DNA of 39,602 nucleotides, from contig CBDCWY010000001.1 of assembly GCA_965223545.1 (NCBI GenBank), positions 1 to 39,602 of the forward strand, written 5' to 3'. Every line of letters begins with the position of its first letter. Positions within the stretch are counted from its first letter, which is position 1. Source of the DNA: Planctomycetota bacterium (GTDB lineage Bacteria; Planctomycetota; UBA1135; UBA2386). Under the pieces are notes generated by a model that did not search any database, was not told the origin of the DNA, and saw only the letters and a program-made list of their open reading frames with translations. This document shows, in pieces, positions 33,074 through 39,602 of this stretch. The position numbers and the translations under genes are program-made.

Positions 33074-33333
33074 GCGAGCGAGTAGACGATGGTCAGGACG
33101 GCGAGAGCGCCGAGGAATGCGACGAGCGTGGGCCAGATCCGGGCCAGATCCGGGCCAGATCCGGACCCGGACGGATCAAACTTCGAGCCTGGCTTGATCC
33201 GCGGATCACTGCGGATCACCGGATCAGGCGGAGCGCAGCAGTTGCACCCGCGCCCCTCGCACAGGCAGCCCGGGGGGGCGTTCTTGGTTAGCGACGGGCG
33301 GGTCTCCGTCGTCCGCTCCGGACGAACGCTCAT
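33070..33333 (-). CDS. Small Cys-cluster protein with C-terminal TM, overlying a GATC repeat tract
   Basis: CLCEGRGCNCC...LVAFLGALAVLTIVYSL; overlap-coupled on both sides. Confidence 0.5.
   Translation of the reverse strand: MSVRPERTTETRPSLTKNAPPGCLCEGRGCNCCAPPDPVIRSDPRIKPGSKFDPSGSGSGPDLARIWPTLVAFLGALAVLTIVYSLA
33130..33225. repeat. 3 x 11-bp tandem repeat GGGCCAGATCC plus GATC cluster
   Basis: Exact copies at 33130, 33141 and 33152; eight GATC sites in 33136-33225. Confidence 0.85.
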
Positions 33334-33710
33334 CAGCCCGGCAGACGCCAGCCGACGACGCCCGATCCCTCGACCCACGGCGAGCAGTTGCTGCGGTGGT
33401 ACGCGGTCCCGTACGAGCGGCCGCGGTTCGGGTTGCGGTGGCAGCGCATCTCCAGCACGTCGCCGTCCTGAGCGATCACCTTGGCGCGCTCGGTCAGTCC
33501 GTTCGGGAAGACGACCTCGACCTCCTGGCCGACCAGGTCCGCGGCGTCCTCGGGCTCCGCAGGCACGTCCGGGCTCACCCGGTCGCTGGCCTCGGCGTCA
33601 GCCGAGCCCAGCATCTCGACGAGTTCTGCCTTCGTGGCACCGCCCGGATCGAGACCGCGCTCCTCCGCGATCTTCACCAGGTCCGCCTTGCGCATCGCCT
33701 CGTACTTCAT
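33333..33710 (-). CDS. Rho-N/HeH-LEM-like domain protein
   Basis: YEAMRKADLVKIAEERGLDPGGATKAELVEML. Confidence 0.75.
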   Translation of the reverse strand: MKYEAMRKADLVKIAEERGLDPGGATKAELVEMLGSADAEASDRVSPDVPAEPEDAADLVGQEVEVVFPNGLTERAKVIAQDGDVLEMRCHRNPNRGRSYGTAYHRSNCSPWVEGSGVVGWRLPG

Positions 33711-34324
33711 CCGTCGAACTCCCGGAATGGCGCGAGGAGAGCGACCACGTCCTTGGGCATCCCCGTCTCGCGCGTGCTTGACCAGTCGCCGCGCTTCTCC
33801 TGCGTCTCGCCCGGATCGCGGCGGGACCACCTTACCTGCACGAGCATCGCGGTCGCGAGCTGGATGTCACCCGGCAGGGTCTCCTCGCCAGCGCCGGGAG
33901 TCGTCCCGGGGAGCGCCCAGCCCGCGCGGTAGGTCGTGCGGTAGCGGCGACGGCCCTCCGGCCAGCACCAGGCCCCGCGGCGGTTCCGCCACCAGGGCCA
34001 CCACACGTTCCCGGCCGACGGCGAGAGCGCGAGCATCCCGGCGCGCGCGTCCGCGACCTCGTACTCGGTGTCTTCGACCTCCTTGTCGTCGCACCAGCGG
34101 TCGACCACCGACGTCACGCTCACCACCGGGCGCTGACGCAGGATCAGGAACTCGCCGCCGCCGTCGAGGTCGTCCACGCGGTCCTGCACGTCCAGCTCGA
34201 TCCCGCAGTGCTCGACCACCGCGCGCGAGGCGGCGCTGACGAGCGACTGGACGATGCCGCTCTTGTTCGACGGGGCGACGCCGAGGTAGTCGTTCGCGTA
34301 GTCGAGCGTGATGAGGTCGGGCAC
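33707..34324 (-). CDS. Head-tail connector (HK97 gp6/SPP1 gp15-like)
   Basis: LITLDYANDYLG...LVSAASRAVVEHC...RPVVSVTSV...TYRAGW...LPGDIQLA...LLAPFR. Confidence 0.88.
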   Translation of the reverse strand: MPDLITLDYANDYLGVAPSNKSGIVQSLVSAASRAVVEHCGIELDVQDRVDDLDGGGEFLILRQRPVVSVTSVVDRWCDDKEVEDTEYEVADARAGMLALSPSAGNVWWPWWRNRRGAWCWPEGRRRYRTTYRAGWALPGTTPGAGEETLPGDIQLATAMLVQVRWSRRDPGETQEKRGDWSSTRETGMPKDVVALLAPFREFDG

Positions 34325-34345
34325 GCCGGGAGTCTACAGCAACGC

Positions 34346-34374
34346 AAAGAGGCGCGGCCTTTCGACCGCGCCCC
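34346..34374 (-). terminator. Probable intrinsic terminator after the capsid/decoration genes
   Basis: GGGGCGCGGUC-GAAA-GGCCGCGCCUC then UUUG (short U tract). Confidence 0.55.
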
Positions 34375-34418
34375 CAGGCTGAGGCAAGCAGCAACGCCTA
34401 CATGGGCGCTGCGGACGG

Positions 34419-34886
34419 CTACGGGTTCAGGGCCGTCCGCGAGAACTGCGACGTGCCGGTGTCCCGCAGGTCGTGCAGGAGCACGATCGCGTAGGACTCG
34501 AGAGTCCCCGCGACGCTCACGGTCTGCACGACTCGGACGTACCGGCCGCGTCCGCCGTACTCGACCATGCGAGGCTCGGCGCGCTCGGCGCTGTCGACGA
34601 CCAGGGTCCCGCCGGCGAGCCGCTGGTAGTTGCCGGACACCGAGTCGCGGAACCGCAGGTTGATCTCGTCGATCGCGGTCCAGGAAGCGTTGTCCTCGCT
34701 CTCCTCGAACGTGAAGTCGTGCGTCCCGTCGGTGTATGTCCCACCGACCAGGAACGTCACGCGCTTCCCGCCGCCCGCGGTGGTGGCGCAGTCCGCGCCG
34801 ACGCCGTTTTCGCTCGCTGCACGCACGGCTGGCGCAAGCGACGTGATCGGGACGACGTTGGTGATGAGGTCCATGTTCGTGCTCAT
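34419..34886 (-). CDS. Putative capsid decoration/cement protein
   Basis: Directly after the capsid gene; NGVGAD...FEESEDNASWTAI...YGGRGRYVRV. Confidence 0.65.
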   Translation of the reverse strand: MSTNMDLITNVVPITSLAPAVRAASENGVGADCATTAGGGKRVTFLVGGTYTDGTHDFTFEESEDNASWTAIDEINLRFRDSVSGNYQRLAGGTLVVDSAERAEPRMVEYGGRGRYVRVVQTVSVAGTLESYAIVLLHDLRDTGTSQFSRTALNP

Positions 34887-34952
34887 GGTTCTCTCCTGTT
34901 GATGCTCTCGTGAACTCGGTCAGACAATGCGCGCTGGCGCCGAAACACGCGG

Positions 34953-36284
34953 CTAGGCCGCCCGGACGAGCTTGACGAAGGGCTCCCTGAGCAGCGGCGC
35001 TCCGTCGGCCCGGAAGTCCCAGATGAAGCCCACCTGGCGGTTGAGCGCGAACTTCTCGACCAGGCGCTGGATGCCCAGCTGCCGCCGCATGACCAGCAGG
35101 TACTGCGACAGGTCACCGAAGAGCGCAGCAGGCGAGCCGGCGACGTTCTCGAACGCCGGGACGTACTCGCTCTCGATGACCGGGAACCCGACCAGCGTGG
35201 CGGGCTGGCCAGCGGTCATGCCCTCGCGCCACAGCCAGTTCCCCGTGCCGGGACCGGCACCCGAGTCCGAGCGCATGAGCATGATCTGCTCGATCACCGC
35301 GCGCGAGAGGACCCACGAAGCACGACCGCGGTACTGCGCCTTCAGCGCGTACGGCAGCGACTTGATGTCCTCGGGCGTCAGGACAGTGCTCGCGTTCGTG
35401 GTGTCCTTCGTCGGCAGGAGAGGCGTGTCGTAGAGGCCGACGAACGACTTGCGGGACGGCGTGCCGCCGATGATCCGGCGCTCGATGTCCTCTGCGAGCA
35501 TCTGCTGAGTGATGTCCATCAGCAGGCTCTCGCCCGCCATGCCGACGTCCTCCAGCCAGTCGCGGGGAATCTTCACCGCGCGGGTGAAGGGCTCGGGCAC
35601 GAAGGTCTTCTTCCCCAGCATGTCGCCGAAGTTCGTGATCGCGATGCCTGGGTCGGGGACCACTTCCTCGGCGTGCTCGAACTCGCCGACGAAGTCCAGC
35701 GTCGGGAACGTCAGCGACTGCGACATGGTCATCTGCGTTCGCACGGCGGCGGTGATGAGCACGAGGTCGCGGATGCGCTGGATGATCTCGCTCGACACCT
35801 CGTGCGGAACGAGGTAGCCCGCCTCGGGGTCGAAGAACGTGCGGATGCCGCCGTCCTTGCAGTGCTGCGCGATCACGCGCCGCAGCTCGTGGCCGCCCTC
35901 GCGGTCGCCGTGCTTGAGGTAAGCGCACAGGACCGCGGCTCGAGCCTCGGCCGTCGGCGTCTCCGACTTCTGCCCCGTGCCGTTCGTGATCGGCCGCATG
36001 GCGTTCGGGGTGTTCATCTGAACGCCCAGCTGGAGACCGCCCACCATCGTGTCGGCGGTCTTCTTCATGTCCAGCGCGTCCGAGAACATCTTCCGCGACT
36101 GCTCGAGCTCCTCGGCGGTCGGTTCGCGGTTCTCGGCGCGGGCCTTGTCGATGACGGCCTTGCCCTTGGAGACCAGGTCGTTCGCTGCGCGCATGGCGCT
36201 CAGGACGGCGGGGTGCGTCTCGCTCTTGGGTGCGTACGCGTCCGGATCGATCAGGACGGGCTCAATGCTCGGTGCCTGGGGCAT
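34953..36284 (-). CDS. Major capsid protein, HK97 fold
   Basis: Helical delta domain, AGYLVP, ASWVLSR, WLWREG...GQPATLVGFPV, LFGDLSQY, VGF...RADG. Confidence 0.95.
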   Translation of the reverse strand: MPQAPSIEPVLIDPDAYAPKSETHPAVLSAMRAANDLVSKGKAVIDKARAENREPTAEELEQSRKMFSDALDMKKTADTMVGGLQLGVQMNTPNAMRPITNGTGQKSETPTAEARAAVLCAYLKHGDREGGHELRRVIAQHCKDGGIRTFFDPEAGYLVPHEVSSEIIQRIRDLVLITAAVRTQMTMSQSLTFPTLDFVGEFEHAEEVVPDPGIAITNFGDMLGKKTFVPEPFTRAVKIPRDWLEDVGMAGESLLMDITQQMLAEDIERRIIGGTPSRKSFVGLYDTPLLPTKDTTNASTVLTPEDIKSLPYALKAQYRGRASWVLSRAVIEQIMLMRSDSGAGPGTGNWLWREGMTAGQPATLVGFPVIESEYVPAFENVAGSPAALFGDLSQYLLVMRRQLGIQRLVEKFALNRQVGFIWDFRADGAPLLREPFVKLVRAA

Positions 36285-37452
36285 CTGACGAACCTCCGAG
36301 GGTGGCTGCCAGGGCGTCGAAGCCCGCTAGCAGCTCGTCAGCCGACATGGGTGTCGGCGCGTTCTTGTCCCTCTGGTCCGTGGGCGCGCTGCCTGATGCG
36401 GCCGGCCCGGCGTCCAGCGCCTCGCGGATCGCGGCCCGCGTGCCGCTGTCTGCGGCACGCACGAGCTCGGTGAGCGAGGCCCGGTCAGTCTGCACGCCCA
36501 TCGCGCGAAGCGCAAGATCGGACGCGAGCGCGGCCTCCGTGTCCCACGGCGCGACGAGCCCCGCGGCGCTCAGGTAGCGGCCGACGTGCAGGCGCGCCGC
36601 GGCGATCTCGCCGGGCCCTGAGAAGCGCTCTCCCGGGGCCGACAGGGCCACCGCGGCTGAGTACACGGCGCGCGGCACGACGCGCAGCTCGCCTCCCACC
36701 ACGTCCGCGATCTGCATCGAGTAGCCCGCCGCGCTCTTGGCCTCGAGAGCGGTGCGGGGAGCTGCGAGGACGAACGCCTGGCGCATCCGCGCCTCGGTTC
36801 GTCCCTTGGCCTTCGCCGCCCACGCCTCGACACGCTCGCGCGCCGCGTTCGCTTCCCACACGTGGTCGTCGCTGGCGACGGGCAAGTCCTGGAAAGGCAC
36901 GACGCGGCCGGGGTCGGCCGACTTCGCGGCGATCTCGCTGAACTCGTTGGCGGCGAACGGCACGACGCTCACCTCCATGAGCTTCGCCTCGTGGTGCACC
37001 GGGACGACGCGGGTCGCGCCCTCGCCGTCGCCGCGCTCCTCGTAGGTCACCCGGATCGGGTTGAAGCCGACGCTCGCCCGGTTGAGGTGCCCCTCGCGCA
37101 TCTTCTGCACGATCGTGCGCGACTCGGGCGTGTCGCTCAGCTCGGCCCGGAACCAGAGCCCGTGTCGGCCGTCCGCCTTGCGGTCCTCAGCCTCGACGAC
37201 GGTGCCGAGCACCGCGCCGGCGGTCCACCCGTGCGAGTCCATGAACTTCACGAGACCGCGGGGGACGCGCTCCTGCACCGACTTCGTGAACGCCCCGGCG
37301 CGGACGACCTCGCCGTGCGCGTCGACCACTTCGTCGCCGTCCACCGTGTAAACGTTCGCGAAGCCCTCGACCGCGAGACCGCCGTCGTCGTCAGCCTTGA
37401 CGCTGACCGGGACGACGACGCGGCTCGGCTGTGCCTTGAGTCCTCTGGGCAT
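36262..37452 (-). CDS. HK97-family prohead protease with additional C-terminal domain
   Basis: VEGFANVY...VDAHGEVVRAGAF...DSH...GLWF...SVGF...LMEVSVVPFAAN. Confidence 0.92.
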   Translation of the reverse strand: MPRGLKAQPSRVVVPVSVKADDDGGLAVEGFANVYTVDGDEVVDAHGEVVRAGAFTKSVQERVPRGLVKFMDSHGWTAGAVLGTVVEAEDRKADGRHGLWFRAELSDTPESRTIVQKMREGHLNRASVGFNPIRVTYEERGDGEGATRVVPVHHEAKLMEVSVVPFAANEFSEIAAKSADPGRVVPFQDLPVASDDHVWEANAARERVEAWAAKAKGRTEARMRQAFVLAAPRTALEAKSAAGYSMQIADVVGGELRVVPRAVYSAAVALSAPGERFSGPGEIAAARLHVGRYLSAAGLVAPWDTEAALASDLALRAMGVQTDRASLTELVRAADSGTRAAIREALDAGPAASGSAPTDQRDKNAPTPMSADELLAGFDALAATLGGSSDAPGTEH

Positions 37453-37464
37453 CTCTCAGTCCTC

Positions 37465-39594
37465 CTAGTCCACGGCCGCGATGGTGCAGTCGCAGTGCGG
37501 GTGCAGCGGCGGAACGTCGACCGGCACGAAGGTGTTGGTGAACGTGCCCCCGTCGACTCCCTCCACCGTCGCGCCCACGCTAACGAAGTTCTGCTGGACG
37601 CCCACAACGAGGCCGTTGAGGGCAGCGCAGAACTCGCAGGGGTTCGTGGTCGTCATCCACTCGATCTCGGTGACGCCGCCCTGCACGTAAGCGGCTTTCG
37701 CGCCCTTGTTGCTTGCCCGTATCACCTCGGTCCTGGCGACCCGCTCAGCGCTTGCCGCGCTCCAGTCGCTGAACTCTTCGCGGAACTGCCGCGCGATGTC
37801 GTTTACGGACGATCCGGACTCGAGGCCGTCGCGGAGGATGGTGCGCACGCGCTCGCGCGCCGTGTCGGTGATCTCGCGGCTGAACTTCAGCTCGTAGGCC
37901 GAGAGGAACTCCTCCGTCGGCGTCGCATCGATCTCGAAGTCGATGCCGAAGTTGACCGCGGTCGCCTCGGCGCTGCCGACGGCAAGGGCGCGGATTATCG
38001 GCACCAGGTTCTCCACGGCCAGCCGCTGCCAGTCCTCCGCTGCGAGCGACAGCGCTGCCGCCACGGCCGCGGCGATCGCTGCGGCCTCCGCCTCGTCGAT
38101 CTGCTTCCGAGAGGCGGCCTTGCCGACCAGGCGCTCCGCCTCCCTGAGCGCCTTTACCGAGTCGTTCTCGATCCTTCGATACCACTCCCGCGACGCCTTG
38201 CGCAGCCTCGGGTTCGCCGCAACGGCAAGCGCAGACGTGCCGACCGCCGCTCCGACGCTCGCGACGTCGGAAGCGGACTTGCGGGTCACCGGCGAGGAGG
38301 ACAGCGCCCGGGCCGCAGCCGCCGAGTTCCCGTCCCTGGTCTCCTCGCGCGCCACGAGCTCGGGCGAGGGAGCGCCGAAGCCGCCCTCCTCGCGAGCCTC
38401 GGTCAGGCTGATGACACCGGCCAGGTAGTCCTTGCGGGCGTTCGCGCGGCGCTCGTCGCGAACCGCCTCCATCGCGGGGACGCCCGACGTGTCGAACACG
38501 ATGCGCCGACCGCGGCCGACGTCGAAGTCGGGGTCGGCGTTGATGACCGACTCGAGCGCGGTCAGCAGCGCGCGGACGGTCTCCTGCCAGAACGAGCGGA
38601 CCGCCATCCCGTAGTTGGCGTAGGTCGAGCGGTCCAGCCCGGCCTTCACGCCGACCAGGATGGGCGGGACGCCGAGGACCGCGAGGATGCGGGTCTCGCT
38701 CTGCGCGAAGACCTCTGGCATCCCGAGCTGTTGCATGTCCCAGGCGATCGACTTGACGTCGACCGTGCCGCCCATCGCGTTCGAGCCGCCGACGAACATC
38801 ACGTCGCCGTGCTTCACCTTCTCGCGCATCTGCGCGCGGTGCCGCTCTTCGTCGCTCTTGTTCGGCTTCGTGGCCCCGGTCACGACGAGCGAGGGCACCG
38901 CGCGGTTGTCCATCCACTCATGGATCAGGTCGGTCGCCTTGTTGTCGCCGACGATGCGGCGGAAGGCGGGGTGCAGCGGGGACATCCCCCACACGTCGTC
39001 GGTGAGCGAGGGGAAGCGGACCCGCGTGACGTTCTCGGGCGGGATCGCGAACGTCCGCGCGCCGACCTGGTACCGCCACTCGTCGATCAGCCGGCGCTCG
39101 CCGGGGACGATCGAGAGGCGCGGCAGCATCAGCGGCCAGAGCTCGACGACCGGGGCGGGCGTCAGGCCGTTGCCGCCGCGCACCTTCTGGAGCACGCCGT
39201 TGCCGCCAGTGTAGAGCCAGGTCACCCAGGTCTTCATCACCAGCGAGGGCGGCATCTCCAGGCTCGGAGCGCCGTTCTGCCACGCGCGCAGGGCCGGGTG
39301 GTCTTCGGTCGTCTCGCCGGTCTGCTCGTTGAGGACCACCAACGGCAGCGAGGCGACGGCGTCGGCCAGCTCGCGGATGCCCGAGAACGCGATCTCGTTG
39401 CGGGTGTACGCGTGGTGGACCAGTCCGGCCGCGCTGGACGACGGGTAGTCCACCCCGTAGCCGAACGAGCCTGTGAGGTACGTCGTGAGGCCGGTCTGCT
39501 TTGCGGCCGTCGGCCTCGGGGCGTCCCGCCTGGCGTCCAGCGCCGCGGCGAGCGCGGCCTTCCGACGCTCCCGCCGCCGCTCTACGCGATCCAA
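37465..39594 (-). CDS. Portal protein fused to MuF/SPP1 gp7-like minor head domain
   Basis: Portal part: IAFSGIRELADAVASLPL, GMSPL, LGVPPILVG...STYAN, EAREEGG. MuF part: AERVARTEV...EW...CEFC...PPLHPHCDC. Confidence 0.92.
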   Translation of the reverse strand: MDRVERRRERRKAALAAALDARRDAPRPTAAKQTGLTTYLTGSFGYGVDYPSSSAAGLVHHAYTRNEIAFSGIRELADAVASLPLVVLNEQTGETTEDHPALRAWQNGAPSLEMPPSLVMKTWVTWLYTGGNGVLQKVRGGNGLTPAPVVELWPLMLPRLSIVPGERRLIDEWRYQVGARTFAIPPENVTRVRFPSLTDDVWGMSPLHPAFRRIVGDNKATDLIHEWMDNRAVPSLVVTGATKPNKSDEERHRAQMREKVKHGDVMFVGGSNAMGGTVDVKSIAWDMQQLGMPEVFAQSETRILAVLGVPPILVGVKAGLDRSTYANYGMAVRSFWQETVRALLTALESVINADPDFDVGRGRRIVFDTSGVPAMEAVRDERRANARKDYLAGVISLTEAREEGGFGAPSPELVAREETRDGNSAAAARALSSSPVTRKSASDVASVGAAVGTSALAVAANPRLRKASREWYRRIENDSVKALREAERLVGKAASRKQIDEAEAAAIAAAVAAALSLAAEDWQRLAVENLVPIIRALAVGSAEATAVNFGIDFEIDATPTEEFLSAYELKFSREITDTARERVRTILRDGLESGSSVNDIARQFREEFSDWSAASAERVARTEVIRASNKGAKAAYVQGGVTEIEWMTTTNPCEFCAALNGLVVGVQQNFVSVGATVEGVDGGTFTNTFVPVDVPPLHPHCDCTIAAVD

Positions 39595-39602
39595 AGCTCA
39601 CC

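Larger units (their letters stand above)
1..39602. mobile_element. Complete circularly permuted siphovirus-type phage genome (HK97-fold head, lambda/TP901-like non-contractile tail)
   Basis: Full head, tail, replication and recombination gene set. The TerL frame runs off base 1 and is closed by GGG-TGA when joined to 39602-39598, directly before the portal start. Confidence 0.93.

Noticed and set aside
33130..33162. CRISPR mini-array
   Set aside because: The units are 11 bp, have no spacers, and there are no cas genes.
1..39602. Genome-wide UGA reassignment (alternative genetic code) as the explanation for the in-frame UGA
   Set aside because: Many genes end in TGA within ATGA/GTGA overlaps, and the conserved genes are uninterrupted, so UGA is a normal stop elsewhere.
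39592..39602. TerL-portal readthrough fusion (same frame, separated by TGA-GCT)
   Set aside because: TerL ends at its expected C-terminus, a G-rich SD-like run precedes the portal TTG, and I see no Cys context or SECIS-like hairpin.

Overview
The window is almost certainly the complete, circularly permuted genome of a high-GC (roughly 70%, by eye) tailed phage of siphovirus type. Joining base 39602 to base 1 completes the terminase large subunit (...FNRLDSGG-stop) directly upstream of the portal gene. The late genes lie on the minus strand: TerS, TerL, portal-MuF fusion, HK97-type protease and capsid, head-tail joining genes, tail tube, frameshifted tail chaperones, tape measure, lambda-like tail tip, tail fibres and a membrane/lysis-like cluster. 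The early region is divergent around 9040-9095. Its rightward arm carries an XRE regulator, YqaJ/RecT, ASCH, a clamp-like protein and RusA. Its leftward arm carries a replication initiator with internal iterons and many small accessory genes, including two paralogous ASCH genes. The most striking observation is a probable phage-encoded selenoprotein (6065-6469, minus). An in-frame UGA in a C-D-T-S-G-W-G-[UGA]-Q motif is followed directly by a bacterial SECIS-like stem-loop, and reading through it makes the gene tile exactly with its neighbours. I recognised no integrase, endolysin, tRNA or selABCD genes. All product calls come from motif recognition by eye; no database searches were run.
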